The notes: generated from the letters alone by a model not told the origin. A stretch of DNA of 64,000 nt from Methanobacteriota archaeon (GCA_963718335.1 CAVQYT010000007.1:356122-420121), one strand, 5' to 3'. Counted from the first letter of the stretch, positions 41,016 to 52,276 are shown. Program-made: numbers and translations.

Positions 41016-43619
41016 ATGATAGAAAAACAAGAAAAGCTCTACAAGGACAGTTCTATTTATAAATTACTTCATCCATGGGTTAAGGAGTGGTTTAAGGGTA
41101 ATTTTGAAGGGTTCACTGAATCACAGAGCTACGCTTTAATGGATGTACATAAGGGAAACAACACCCTCATATCATCACCCACCGGTTCTGGTAAGACCCT
41201 CACCGCATTTCTTTCCATTATAAGCCAGTTAACCATGATGTCTGAAATGGGAAAGCTGGAAGATAAGGTTTACTGTATTTACATATCCCCTTTGAAGGCA
41301 CTGGATAATGATATCGAAAAGAATCTGGAGGAACCATTGAGGGAAATAGAAAGAATCGCCGGTCATGATCTGGGAATAAGAAAAGCAGTTCGAACAGGGG
41401 ATACCACACCCTACCAGAGAGCTAAGATGCTTAAAAAACCTCCGCATATATTAATCACCACTCCAGAAACTCTTTCCATTCTGCTCTGCGCCCCCAAGTT
41501 CCGTGAAAAGATTAAGGATGTGGGTTACGTTATCGTGGATGAGATCCACAGCCTGGCAGAAAATAAAAGGGGTGTTCATTTAAGTTTATCCCTGGAGAGA
41601 TTGCAGAAGCTTGCCGGTAATTTTACGCGCATAGGATTAAGCGCCACAGTTTCACCCCTAAATAAAATGGCACAGTATCTGGTGGGATATGAATATGGAA
41701 TGGAGAGAAACTGTAAAATAGTGGATGTAAGTTACCTTAAAGAGCTGGATATGAAGGTGATGTGTCCAGTTGATGATATCATCAATGAAGATCCAAAGGA
41801 AGTGACCAATGAAACTTACAAACTTTTAGATGAACTGATAAGTGAACATAAAACCACTTTAATATTTACCAACACCAGAAGCGGGACAGAAAGTGTTGTA
41901 TTCAACCTTAAAAAAAGATTTAAAGATAAATACAATGACTCCAACATCATGGCCCACCACTCCTCCCTGTCCAAGGAATTAAGACTGGACACAGAAAACA
42001 ATTTGAAGGATGGAAAGTTGAAGGTGGTGGTTTCTTCCACCTCACTGGAACTGGGAATCGATATAGGATACATCGATCTGGTGATACTTATAAGCTCTCC
42101 AAAATCAGTTTCAAGAGCGCTTCAGAGAATCGGGAGAAGCGGGCACCGTTTACATGAAAAATCCAAGGGCAGAATCATAGTGGTGGATCGTGATGACCTG
42201 GTGGAATGCTCCCTTATTCTCAAAAATGCGGTGGAGGGAAAAATCGATGAAATCAACATTCCTGAAAACTGTCTGGATGTTTTAAGCCAGCATATCTATG
42301 GAATGGCTATAGAAGAAAGGCAGGACATCGATGAAACCTACCAACTCATAAAAAAGAGTTACTGTTACAGGAATCTAACTGAAAACGATTATTTAAGTGT
42401 TCTAAGTTATCTGGCAGGTGAATATACTGATTTGGAGGATAGATATGTCTATGCTAAGATATGGGCTGATTATGATAATAACCAGTTTGGAAAACGTGGA
42501 AAACTGGCCAGAATGCTTTATTCAACCAACATAGGGACCATTCCAGACAGATCATCAGCCAGGGTAAAATGTGATGGCCAGGTGGTGGGACATGTGGAGG
42601 AGGATTTCATGGAAAAACTGCAGAAGGGAGATACCTTCGTTCTTGGAGGGAATATCTACCGTTTCAACTATGCCCGTGGAATGACCATCAATGTAACCCC
42701 CTCTTCAGGACCACCCAGCATCCCTTCATGGTTTAGTGAGCAGCTTCCCCTATCATTTGACCTCGCCCTGGAGATTCAAAGGTTCCGTGCCATAATGGAG
42801 GGAAAGTTCCAGGCAGATAGAAGTAAGGAAGATATAATGGATTTTATCCATGAACATCTCTACCTGGACTACAACGCTGCCAACTCTATTTATGAATATT
42901 TTAAGGAGCAATATTTGTATGCACTGATACCCAGCAGTAAGAAGATACTTATCGAGCATTATAAGGGATTTGGAGAGAGAAAGTTCGTCATATTTCACAC
43001 CTGCTTTGGAAGAAGAGTTAACGATGCCCTTTCACGTGCAGTGGCTTATATAATCGCCAGAAAATATAAAAGAGACATCATGATTTCCATATCTGATAAT
43101 GGATTCTATTTAAGCAGTGAGGGTAAAATAGGTGGATTGGAGGCATTTAATGATTTAAATTCAGATAATCTGGAGCAAATATTGAGTCAGGCCATTGAAA
43201 AGACCGAGACCCTGGCTGGAAGATTCAGGCACTGTGCTGGAAGATCCCTCATGATTTTAAGGCGTTACAAGGGAAAAGAAAAGAGTGTTTCCCGTCAGCA
43301 GGTTAAGGGAAAGATACTGTTGAAATTTGTAAAGGAACTTGATAAAGATTTTTCCATACTTAAAGAAGCTAGAAGAGAGGTAATGGAAGATTTTATGGAT
43401 GTTAAAAATGCTAAGAGGGTTCTCCGATTTATTGAAAGTGGCCAGCTTGAAATAAAACAGATAAATACCATAATTCCTTCTCCTTTTGCATTTAATCTGG
43501 TTGCACAGTGTTATCTGGATGTTTTAAAGTATGAAGAAAGGATAGAATTTATCCGAAGGATGCATCAGGCTATCGTTAGGGAGATAAGCACCAAAGATAA
43601 GGGATATCCTGAGATATGA
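41016..43619 (+). CDS. lhr: Lhr-type (Lhr-Core) ATP-dependent DNA helicase
   Basis: [25 protein letters not shown] and QRIGRSGH, followed by the long Lhr-specific C-terminal region (867 aa). Confidence 0.9.
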   Translation: MIEKQEKLYKDSSIYKLLHPWVKEWFKGNFEGFTESQSYALMDVHKGNNTLISSPTGSGKTLTAFLSIISQLTMMSEMGKLEDKVYCIYISPLKALDNDIEKNLEEPLREIERIAGHDLGIRKAVRTGDTTPYQRAKMLKKPPHILITTPETLSILLCAPKFREKIKDVGYVIVDEIHSLAENKRGVHLSLSLERLQKLAGNFTRIGLSATVSPLNKMAQYLVGYEYGMERNCKIVDVSYLKELDMKVMCPVDDIINEDPKEVTNETYKLLDELISEHKTTLIFTNTRSGTESVVFNLKKRFKDKYNDSNIMAHHSSLSKELRLDTENNLKDGKLKVVVSSTSLELGIDIGYIDLVILISSPKSVSRALQRIGRSGHRLHEKSKGRIIVVDRDDLVECSLILKNAVEGKIDEINIPENCLDVLSQHIYGMAIEERQDIDETYQLIKKSYCYRNLTENDYLSVLSYLAGEYTDLEDRYVYAKIWADYDNNQFGKRGKLARMLYSTNIGTIPDRSSARVKCDGQVVGHVEEDFMEKLQKGDTFVLGGNIYRFNYARGMTINVTPSSGPPSIPSWFSEQLPLSFDLALEIQRFRAIMEGKFQADRSKEDIMDFIHEHLYLDYNAANSIYEYFKEQYLYALIPSSKKILIEHYKGFGERKFVIFHTCFGRRVNDALSRAVAYIIARKYKRDIMISISDNGFYLSSEGKIGGLEAFNDLNSDNLEQILSQAIEKTETLAGRFRHCAGRSLMILRRYKGKEKSVSRQQVKGKILLKFVKELDKDFSILKEARREVMEDFMDVKNAKRVLRFIESGQLEIKQINTIIPSPFAFNLVAQCYLDVLKYEERIEFIRRMHQAIVREISTKDKGYPEI

Positions 43620-43649
43620 TAAAATAAAAAAAGGAGATATTAATTAAAT

Positions 43650-43976
43650 TTAACCCGTAAAATAGTGGATGAAATCATCGGCGTCCATTTCAATGAACCA
43701 TTGACCATTTCCAGTCATTATAGGGGTTCTGGTTATTACCACAGCAAGATCTTCGGCTTCGACATCGTTATCAGTGTCCATTTTTTCACATATTATACTT
43801 AAAGCGTTACTAAGATATTCTTTGGAGTCAAATCCGAGTAATATTTCTCTAACGTTTATTCCCACTTCTTCTGATGCATCTGGATTTTTTGCAATCTCAA
43901 CGCTTTTTAGATTATTAAAAGCCCTTACTGCAACGGCTTTAATTTCATTATCAGTCATAACATTCACCAAAATCAA
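43650..43976 (-). CDS. Hypothetical protein
   Basis: A ~100-aa acidic ORF (likely start MTDNEIK). No motif recognised. Confidence 0.4.
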   Translation of the reverse strand: MILVNVMTDNEIKAVAVRAFNNLKSVEIAKNPDASEEVGINVREILLGFDSKEYLSNALSIICEKMDTDNDVEAEDLAVVITRTPIMTGNGQWFIEMDADDFIHYFTG

Positions 43977-44307
43977 TTCAATAATTTTCTTTTTAATTAA
44001 TAGTTTTTATACTTATATAAAATTAACCTTGAATTTGTTCTCATGGATATTAAAATTATTTACATACTAAAGCATTGGAAATTATTAAGTTTAAGTAATA
44101 AATAATTTACCAGACTTCCTAATTTTTGATTTTTGACTAAAACATGGTTTTTAAATAAATACATATACATGTCTCCATGAATATTTGTACATTTCATTAA
44201 AAATGATATAATAAAATTTTTTTCACCTCTAAAATTTTAAGTTATGTAAACATATATAGTATAAAGTCACTCTAAAAAATGAATTTTGAAAATATTAAGG
44301 TGTTACT

Positions 44308-44961
44308 ATGGTTGATTTAGGGTTAAAGAAAAAAGATAGCAATACCAGTGATTATGAAACTAAATATTTAAGTGATCTTAAGCCCGGAGATGAAATAGAA
44401 GGTGAGATCCATATAGGTGATATAAAAGAGATAGAAATCAAAAATAGGGAAGTTCATGAATTTTTTGTCATACTCACCAACCATGAAAATGAGGAAAAAT
44501 GGATCTGTGGGATTGTAACATCATATTACCCCCAGGAAGGGAATATTTATGGGGAGAAAGATGGTAGAGTATATACATTGATTGACAGCCTGAATCACGT
44601 TTTTAATAAGACTCCTTTGAATGCAGAAGATAGTTACTCCGTATTATTCCATGTTTTTAGCGAGAGCACCAACAAAAATGTGAAAAAGTTAAGGGTTAAT
44701 GCAGTTCAATCATGGAAACCAGGGGCTAAATCGGTTAATTTAAAGGTTATGGACGGTGAACTGGAGTTAGATGAATCATCGAAAATAAATGATTTAGCAG
44801 ATTCCAATCAGGCGGTTAAAATAGCGTATAAGAGTCTTAAATCAAAAAGTAAGGAGATAACTAAAAAAACGGTGGCATTTGAACTTAAAACTTTTTTAGA
44901 TAAAGGGGAAATTACAAGGGATATGTTTAAAGAAGCGCTCCATGAACTGGATAAACTGTAA
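44308..44961 (+). CDS. Hypothetical protein
   Basis: A 217-aa ORF preceded by AAGGTG and flanked by long AT-rich spacers. No motif recognised. Confidence 0.5.
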   Translation: MVDLGLKKKDSNTSDYETKYLSDLKPGDEIEGEIHIGDIKEIEIKNREVHEFFVILTNHENEEKWICGIVTSYYPQEGNIYGEKDGRVYTLIDSLNHVFNKTPLNAEDSYSVLFHVFSESTNKNVKKLRVNAVQSWKPGAKSVNLKVMDGELELDESSKINDLADSNQAVKIAYKSLKSKSKEITKKTVAFELKTFLDKGEITRDMFKEALHELDKL

Positions 44962-45245
44962 TTCATCCAATGGGGGGCGAGCTTCATTTTATTTATTGAT
45001 AGAACCTCTAAAAGTGTATAGGTATAAGTTATAAGTAAGAAATGTCCAATTTAATTTTTTAATATTATCAAGAAAATAAGTATTATGTTCAATAGGATGA
45101 ATAATGGTCTAAATTGATAAAATTTACTTCGTTAAATCTATATATGACGAAGTAATTCAAAACACCACAAAAATCAAAATCAATGGTACTTATTCCATAT
45201 CATATTTATGTTATAATTAACTATTAATATTTAAAGGTGGGTGAA

Positions 45246-45489
45246 TTGAAGGGAAGCATTTTGGTTGTTGAGGATGAGAGGATCATTGCCAGTGGGATCA
45301 AAAGGGATCTGGAAAGTATGGGGTACTCAGTGGTAGGTATAGCTTCTTCTGGGCTGGAGGCAATTGAAAAGGCAGGCCTGGAAAAACCGCAGCTTTGAAT
45401 GGATCAATCTGCAGGGAAAAATAGAGGAAACCTCCAAGATCACCCATGGAGAAAATAAATGTTCTTACTGCTTCAGAGCAAGTGATTAA
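45246..45489 (+). pseudogene. Remnant of a response-regulator receiver domain
   Basis: (L)KGSILVVEDERIIASGIKRDLESMGYSVVGIASSGLEAIEKAGLEKPQL stops at TGA 45396-45398. It continues after MD in a shifted frame as INLQGKIEETSKI.. and ends about 80 aa in. Confidence 0.6.
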
Positions 45490-45510
45490 TAAACTATTTT
45501 TTTTGTAATT

Positions 45511-46194
45511 ATGAAGTCAAAGATAAAGGGCCCCATATTCACTGGAAGAAGCTACCAGGAATACCTTAAAATGTTCAATTTAAACCCTTATGATCTACGA
45601 GATGCCAGTATACTGGATTGTGCAGCGGGTGCAAGTTCATTTACAGCCATTATAAGCGAACTGGGAGTAGATATAAAAGCTCTTGATATGCTGTACAATA
45701 AGGAACCTTCCTATCTTAAAGAAAGATGTAGAGAGCACTTAAATGCCCTTGTCCATGCCCTTAAAGAGATGGAAAACTCATTCCACTGGGATTTTTTTAA
45801 AGATCTAGATGATCTAAAAAAAATAAGGATGAAAACATGTTCACAGTTTAACCAGCATTATACAAAGAACAGGGATTACTATATAATGGGGGATTTAACC
45901 AGTATTCCCTTTAAGGAGAATAAATTTTCACTGGTCCTCTGCTCCCATCTACTTTTTATTTACGATCATCGTTTGAGCTATGATTTTCACCGGCAAGCAG
46001 TTGAAGAGATGTTGAGGGTGAGCTCAGGGGAAGTCAGGATATATCCACTGGTAAAGCATCGGGCTAAAAAATCAGAATATGTGGATAGAATCAGGGATGA
46101 TCTGGATAAAAATGCAGATATATTGCTGGAAAAGGTTAACTATGAGTTTAGAAGGGGTGCCTTTGAAATGATGCTGATAATAAAAAATAAATAG
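45511..46194 (+). CDS. Class I SAM-dependent methyltransferase
   Basis: ILDCAAGASSF (motif I) ..DIKALD.. and FSLVLCSHLLF. Confidence 0.7.
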   Translation: MKSKIKGPIFTGRSYQEYLKMFNLNPYDLRDASILDCAAGASSFTAIISELGVDIKALDMLYNKEPSYLKERCREHLNALVHALKEMENSFHWDFFKDLDDLKKIRMKTCSQFNQHYTKNRDYYIMGDLTSIPFKENKFSLVLCSHLLFIYDHRLSYDFHRQAVEEMLRVSSGEVRIYPLVKHRAKKSEYVDRIRDDLDKNADILLEKVNYEFRRGAFEMMLIIKNK

Positions 46195-46242
46195 CCCTGT
46201 ATGGATAAATTATCTTGAGATAAAAATTGTAAATGTGATAAG

Positions 46243-46704
46243 ATGAATGAAGCATTTAAAGAATTGATCAGGGAACGTAAATATGGAGATCTGATGATGG
46301 AAACAGATCACTGGCTCATCTGTCTTGCTCCAAACCAGAGCAACATAGGAACATCTGTAGTTGCCCTTAAAAGACACTATGGAACTCTTGATGGTTTAAA
46401 AAATGAAGAATGGCTTGATTTTGCTGATATTGTTCAAAAAATGGAGTATTCACTGAAAAAATCATTCAAGGCTACCATGTTCAACTGGGGAGCCCTGATG
46501 AATGCTGATTACATCACCGAAAATCCAGACCCCCATATACACTGGCATTTCATACCCCGTTATAAACATGATGTTCATTTTGAAGGCCTTCTCTTCCAGG
46601 ATAAATATTTTGGTTCCATGCATCCACGGCCAGAGAGGGAGTTACAAACAGGGATTAGAAAAAGAATTATGGAAAGAATCATAGAAAATATGGAAAAAGA
46701 GTGA
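46243..46704 (+). CDS. HIT family protein
   Basis: Histidine triad PHIHWHFIPRY. Confidence 0.8.
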   Translation: MNEAFKELIRERKYGDLMMETDHWLICLAPNQSNIGTSVVALKRHYGTLDGLKNEEWLDFADIVQKMEYSLKKSFKATMFNWGALMNADYITENPDPHIHWHFIPRYKHDVHFEGLLFQDKYFGSMHPRPERELQTGIRKRIMERIIENMEKE

Positions 46705-46708
46705 AAAG

Positions 46709-47668
46709 ATGCCACAGTACTTCAGCTTAAAAAACTTTAAATTTGAATCTGGATTTCTTCTGCCCCAGTTAAAAATAGAATATTCCCTATTTGGCAGAAA
46801 AGAAATGGATGAATCCGGCAGAATTACCAATGCCATTGTTTATCTGCACGGATGGTCAGGCGATTACAGCTCAATCAAGCGTATTAAGGATGTGGTGGGA
46901 TCAGGTAAGCCACTTGACACTGAAAAATATTGTATAATCTGCCCCACTGCCTTAGGATCTCCAGGTTCATCTTCCCCTTCAAGCTCCACACTGGGCCACT
47001 ATTTTCCAGATTACACCATTAAAGATATGGTTAAGGCCATCTATACATTCTTAATGGAATGTTTCAATATCACACATCTTAGGGGGGTTATAGGTAATTC
47101 TATGGGCGGTTTCCAGGCCCTTGAATGGGCGGTAACTTACCCTGAATCTATGGACTTTGTAATTCTCATTGCCACCAGTCATGAGGTGAGGGGGAAAAAT
47201 CTGGCTATTTTTAATATGATGAACACATTTATCAGGGAAGATCCCGAATATAAAAATGGGGAATATGAAATAAATCCTGAAATAGGAACTCAAAATGCAA
47301 ACATGCTCTCCTATCTATTTGGATTTTCCAACCAGTACTATAAAAACTGTTCTCCTGAAGAGATCAAACATTCATTGGAGATAATGAAAAATGAAGGAAG
47401 AGAGATGGATGCAAACGATGTGGTATGGCGAAACCAGGCTGCAATGACCCATGATGTAAGCTCAAGAACCTCCAACATAAAATCAAGGGTTTTAATTATA
47501 GGAATAAATCAGGATGAGTACTTTCCACCACAAACAGATACCCTGCCATTATCAAAACTGATACCCCATTCTGAACTCTTTTTATACGACTCAAAACTGG
47601 GTCATGTTGGTTCCAGTGAAATAAAAAAGGCGGAAGGCTTTATCAGGAATTTTTTAAATGGAGTTTAA
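46709..47668 (+). CDS. MetX-like alpha/beta-hydrolase-fold acyltransferase (homoserine O-acetyltransferase family)
   Basis: FKFESGFLLPQLKIEYSLFG..NAIVYLHGWSGD..KPLDTEKYCIICPTALGSPGSS..IGNSMGGFQALEWAVTYPE. At 319 aa it is shorter than typical MetX. Confidence 0.7.
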   Translation: MPQYFSLKNFKFESGFLLPQLKIEYSLFGRKEMDESGRITNAIVYLHGWSGDYSSIKRIKDVVGSGKPLDTEKYCIICPTALGSPGSSSPSSSTLGHYFPDYTIKDMVKAIYTFLMECFNITHLRGVIGNSMGGFQALEWAVTYPESMDFVILIATSHEVRGKNLAIFNMMNTFIREDPEYKNGEYEINPEIGTQNANMLSYLFGFSNQYYKNCSPEEIKHSLEIMKNEGREMDANDVVWRNQAAMTHDVSSRTSNIKSRVLIIGINQDEYFPPQTDTLPLSKLIPHSELFLYDSKLGHVGSSEIKKAEGFIRNFLNGV

Positions 47669-47669
47669 G

Positions 47670-47948
47670 ATGAAGGTTGAAGTAAGTGATTATGGATTTA
47701 AGAAAGAGTTAAAAAAATATTTCATGACCTACCGGGTAGGGGATATAAACCAGGAGTGGCTGCGCAAATTAAAAAGCCGTATTGAAGATGAATTAAAAGA
47801 AAAAGCAGGGGAACTCTTTATAACCGTTTATTTTGATGGGGATTATTTTCCACTGGCAAGCCAGGAATCCACCATCATGAGAGAGGACTTCATAGCCAGG
47901 GAAGAAATTGAAATGACAGCATATTTACTGGGTCTTCTGGAAGATTAA
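47670..47948 (+). CDS. Small hypothetical protein in operon
   Basis: ATG 47670 lies 7 nt after GGAG. The track start at 47658 overlaps the upstream gene. Acidic, ~92 aa, no motif recognised. Confidence 0.45.
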   Translation: MKVEVSDYGFKKELKKYFMTYRVGDINQEWLRKLKSRIEDELKEKAGELFITVYFDGDYFPLASQESTIMREDFIAREEIEMTAYLLGLLED

Positions 47949-47950
47949 AA

Positions 47951-48790
47951 ATGACTGAAAAATTCAGAATTAGAAGGAAATTACAGCTGGCCATGAGCAG
48001 ATCAGTTAGTAAACTGGGAATGCAGGGATTTAATCCCAGCAGTTTTGAAATCGTTCCAGTGGATGTGATAATACCTGAACTTGACCCTGTATTTGAGGAT
48101 TTTAAGCTGGTACATATCACCGACATCCATTTAGGTCAATGGATATCAATGGAACGTTTAAAGGGTGTTATGAATCTTGTAAACGGGCAAAATCCTGATG
48201 TGGTGGCTATTACAGGTGATTTTGTATCTTATGCCATCGATCATATCCTGGACGATCTCACCAACTGCCTTTCCATCTTAAATCCTGTGTATGAATCCAT
48301 TGCTGTTTTGGGAAATCATGATCACTGGATGGGTGCACATAAAATCCGAAACTCCCTTAAAGAGAGTGGTATAAAGGATTTAAGTAACGATATCTATACC
48401 CTAAAAGAAGGAGATGCTCAGCTTAATTTTGCAGGTGTGGATAGTGTTATGCTGGGTCGCGACCGTCTTGATATTGTAATGGATAAATTACCCCCACAAG
48501 GACCGGCAATATTACTGGCACACGAACCTGATTTTGCTGATATTAGTTCAACCACAGGAAGATTCAGTTTACAGCTATCCGGCCATTCACACGGTGGTCA
48601 ATTTTTAATTCCAGGAATAGGAACATTTATCCGTGGATCTCAATTTTTGAAGTATCCTGCCGGTAAATACAACGTGGGAAACATGATGCAGTACACCAAC
48701 CGGGGTCTGGGGACCAACATATTCTGGATCAGGATAAACTGCGCCCCTGAAATAACTGTATTCAATTTAAAAAGAAATGCAGACCATTAA
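47951..48790 (+). CDS. Metallophosphoesterase (YkuE/YaeI-like)
   Basis: LVHITDIHLGQW, ITGDFV, LGNHDHW, LAHEPD and GHSHGGQ. Confidence 0.85.
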   Translation: MTEKFRIRRKLQLAMSRSVSKLGMQGFNPSSFEIVPVDVIIPELDPVFEDFKLVHITDIHLGQWISMERLKGVMNLVNGQNPDVVAITGDFVSYAIDHILDDLTNCLSILNPVYESIAVLGNHDHWMGAHKIRNSLKESGIKDLSNDIYTLKEGDAQLNFAGVDSVMLGRDRLDIVMDKLPPQGPAILLAHEPDFADISSTTGRFSLQLSGHSHGGQFLIPGIGTFIRGSQFLKYPAGKYNVGNMMQYTNRGLGTNIFWIRINCAPEITVFNLKRNADH

Positions 48791-48903
48791 TATGTATTTG
48801 AATAATACAGTCTTGTTTTTTTTCAAGACATAACATTGCATGAGTATTAACCTGATTTGTCTTTACTATTCCACGACCATTAAAAAAGTATGGAGAAATA
48901 TTA

Positions 48904-50133
48904 TTATATCTCTTTTACTTTAAGCGCTAATTTTTTACCCATTTCATAGAGATCATCCAATTCAGCACTAGTGGGTACGTAGTTAATCTGAACACTATCT
49001 GAAATCTCAAAACCCATATTTTCAAGGTCGGCGGATAATTTTTTAACCGCTCCACCAGCCCAACCCATGGATCCAAAGGTAAGTGCCAGTTTCTTAAAAC
49101 CAGTTCTGTTAAAGCTTAATCCATCAAGATAAAATATGAGATCGCCTATGCTGGGATAGGGTTTGTTGAATATGGTTGGAATTCCAAAGAGCACCGCTTT
49201 ACTGTCCAGGATATCGTTAACTATTTCACTTCTCTCGTCTGTGTGCAGGAAGAACATTTTAACATCCACATCTTCACTCATAACCCCCTCGGCCAGTGCA
49301 TGTGCCATTTTTTGTGTGGAACCATGCATGGTGTCGTAGACGATGGTGACCTTGTCTTCACATACTCCGGTTGCCCAGTTACTGTAAGCACCTATTATTT
49401 TCATGGGATCGGTCCATATCTGCCCATGGGATGGTGCAATAATTTTAATTTTATCCAATAAATCCAGATCTTTAACTTCCTGCAATTTTCTGAGGACCAG
49501 TGGAGATAAAGGTGTTATTAAATTGGCATAGAACTTTTGAGCAGCATCCATAAGGATGTATTCCGGGATTTCATTATCCATACGTTCCCGGAAGCATAGG
49601 TGCTGGCCAAAGGCATCGTTGGAAAAGAGTATTCCCTCCTCTAAAAGAAGGGTGAACATGCTGTCTGGCCAGTGGAGAAGGGGTGCCTCCAGAAATGCAA
49701 AGGTCTTATTTCCCACCTCCAGTTTATCACCAGTTTTAATCACATTAAAATTAACATCATCCAGTTTGTAGTGTTTTTTAAGGCCATCAACAGCTTTTGC
49801 AGTGCAGTAAATAGGTGCATCAGGGAATCTTTTCACCAGTTCAGTGGTTTCTCCGCTATGATCCTTTTCGATGTGGTTTTGGATTATATAATCGATTTTT
49901 AGATCCCTTCCCTCTTTCTGGAAGGCATCTCTAATTCTGCCCCATAACTGAGAAGCTGTTCCTGGATATGTATTATCAATTAAAACAGCTTTATCCTCAC
50001 TGAATACTAAATATGCATTGTATGTAGTTCCAGTTAGGGTGTAACCGTGATAGGATCTGATATCCCAGTCCAGAACACCCACCCAGTAAACTCCTTCCTT
50101 AATTTTAACTGCATCAGCCTTCATATAAAACAC
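48904..50133 (-). CDS. fprA: FprA-type flavodiiron protein (F420H2 oxidase-like)
   Basis: Metallo-beta-lactamase-like domain with HIEKDHSG, then a flavodoxin-like domain ([17 protein letters not shown]). The likely start is MKADAVKI at 50124. Confidence 0.9.
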   Translation of the reverse strand: MFYMKADAVKIKEGVYWVGVLDWDIRSYHGYTLTGTTYNAYLVFSEDKAVLIDNTYPGTASQLWGRIRDAFQKEGRDLKIDYIIQNHIEKDHSGETTELVKRFPDAPIYCTAKAVDGLKKHYKLDDVNFNVIKTGDKLEVGNKTFAFLEAPLLHWPDSMFTLLLEEGILFSNDAFGQHLCFRERMDNEIPEYILMDAAQKFYANLITPLSPLVLRKLQEVKDLDLLDKIKIIAPSHGQIWTDPMKIIGAYSNWATGVCEDKVTIVYDTMHGSTQKMAHALAEGVMSEDVDVKMFFLHTDERSEIVNDILDSKAVLFGIPTIFNKPYPSIGDLIFYLDGLSFNRTGFKKLALTFGSMGWAGGAVKKLSADLENMGFEISDSVQINYVPTSAELDDLYEMGKKLALKVKEI

Positions 50134-50274
50134 CTCAACCTCTTTAAATTTTTCACAAGATTCTTTTTATCCTTGTTTAAATATAAAAGTTATTAAATTT
50201 GATTTATGCTGGTTTAATAATTATTTAAGACTTTAATTATAATATGGAATTTTATTGGATGAAATAAGCTGTAA

Positions 50275-51975
50275 TTAAATCCTCTGGGCGTATTCAAGTT
50301 TGTTGAAATTGATTTCGAATCTGGTTCCATCAGTTTTTATAAGATTAAGGGTCCCATACAACTGTGATATCAGTCCATTTACAAGCTGTAGTCCTAATGT
50401 ATCCGGATTTCTAAAATTAAAGTCTTCAGGAAGACCAATACCATTATCTGCGACTATAAGAGTATACTGACTGTCATTATGGGAATGAAGGCCTATATAT
50501 ATCTCTCCTTTCATATTTTGGGGAAAGGCATGTTTTAAAGAGTTACTGACCAGTTCATTCACGATTAAACCACAGGGTATGGAGGTGTTCAGATCCAGTT
50601 TAACATCGTCCACATCCATCTTCACATCTATTTTACGGAGATCAACCTCATAGTAATGGATTAGATAGGTCACCAGATTGTTTATGTAGTCTGAAAATTC
50701 GATGCTGCTGAAGTTGGATGATTGATAACTCTGCTCATGGATGAAGGCCATTGATTTAACTCTGCTCTGGCTATCCTTGAACAGTTCAAGATCGTTTTCA
50801 TCTTTTATATACCTTGATTGCAGATTTAAAAGACTGGAAATAATTTGAAGATTGTTTTTAACCCGGTGATGCACCTCTTGAAGCAGTATCTCCTTTTCTT
50901 CAAGGGATGCCTTAATCTCATTTTTAGCCCGGGTGATCTCAACTATATCACTGCCAATACAAACAATACCTAAAGTTTTACCGTCCTCACCTTCAATTGA
51001 GGAAATGGATAGGAAAACAGGGACTATTTTACCCTCACTGGTCTTGAAATAAGTTTCTTTGTTGGAAATAAACCCTCTTTTCATTAAATGATGATCGTAA
51101 TCCTTAAACAACTCATTTTTCTCTTTATCATCAGGAAATATCACTCCAATGGATTTACCAATTAACTGGGAATCTTCATAACCTAAAAGGTCTCTTGTGG
51201 CCTGGTTAACGTTCAGTATGTTCATTTCAGTATCCATTAAAAGAAGGAAGTTAGACATGGTGGATACAATTTCATCGGCAGCCACTGCAGCGGTAAGTGC
51301 TGGGAACCTGTATTTCCAAACCCCATAACTGATAAAACCTATCCCTACAGTGGACATGGTCATGGTCATTTCAGGAATCCTTACCGACATATTGGGAAGT
51401 ATGACATCACTTAATATGCTGATGGCAAAGGGAAGGTAAAGGCCGATGATGATGTATTTGGCCTGAAGTCTCTTCAGACTCTCTGACTTTAGATAATAGT
51501 AAAGACATATAAAAGCAGCTAAGAGGACGGTGAACACGGTCCAGAATCCCATTACATCAAAGAGTAATGAATTTTGTGGAAATATGTAGGTCCATCCCCA
51601 GTATTCATCGGTTATTCCGCTTAAAAGCAGGCCGGTAGTTACTGCCAGGTAGGAGATGATGAGTGCTGGTAGATATATAGCCAGATAGGTTAGTTTATAG
51701 GATAGAAGTTTGGATTTGGTAAATATCAGGGAGATATGCAGTAGAATTGCAGGTACAAGTGGCCATAGACCACTTATTTTAAGCCAGAAGAAAGCTGTCT
51801 CAAAGCTACCTGCCTGCCGATACTCAAATTCCACCAGGGCCAGTATTCCAACAAGCAGGCACAGAAATAGAATCATCACGTTTAACTGGTTTTTGGGATT
51901 TTTATGATAGATGAAGTTACCTAAAAAGAAACAAGTAATAAATGCCAGGAAGGATATGAGGGCAAATACGTTCAT
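50275..51975 (-). CDS. Sensor histidine kinase (multi-TM N-terminal domain, PAS, HisKA_2, HATPase)
   Basis: About 7 hydrophobic helices, PAS (NVNQATRDLLGYEDSQLIGKS), H-box EVHHRVKNNLQIISSLL, and N/G boxes ELVSNSLKHAF / DNGIGLPEDF. Confidence 0.85.
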   Translation of the reverse strand: MNVFALISFLAFITCFFLGNFIYHKNPKNQLNVMILFLCLLVGILALVEFEYRQAGSFETAFFWLKISGLWPLVPAILLHISLIFTKSKLLSYKLTYLAIYLPALIISYLAVTTGLLLSGITDEYWGWTYIFPQNSLLFDVMGFWTVFTVLLAAFICLYYYLKSESLKRLQAKYIIIGLYLPFAISILSDVILPNMSVRIPEMTMTMSTVGIGFISYGVWKYRFPALTAAVAADEIVSTMSNFLLLMDTEMNILNVNQATRDLLGYEDSQLIGKSIGVIFPDDKEKNELFKDYDHHLMKRGFISNKETYFKTSEGKIVPVFLSISSIEGEDGKTLGIVCIGSDIVEITRAKNEIKASLEEKEILLQEVHHRVKNNLQIISSLLNLQSRYIKDENDLELFKDSQSRVKSMAFIHEQSYQSSNFSSIEFSDYINNLVTYLIHYYEVDLRKIDVKMDVDDVKLDLNTSIPCGLIVNELVSNSLKHAFPQNMKGEIYIGLHSHNDSQYTLIVADNGIGLPEDFNFRNPDTLGLQLVNGLISQLYGTLNLIKTDGTRFEINFNKLEYAQRI

Positions 51976-52276
51976 CTACTTATCTCCATGTGATCATTGA
52001 TTAAAAGGATGATTGTTTATTTATACAACCATTCCCTTTAATTGAATATTTTATTACAATATATATATTATAGATGGGATAATCATCTATTTAAAGGTTT
52101 TATATTTTTTAAATTTGATTAAGGGAATTTATAAACGTTCTATATCCCTATTGATTACTATTAATTATAAATGGGATATGGGAGAGATTGTTTTTCATTC
52201 AACAACTTGATAATTACCTGAACAATAGAAATATTTATTAAAAACAATATATTAATAAGGAGGGATATGCTTGAAT

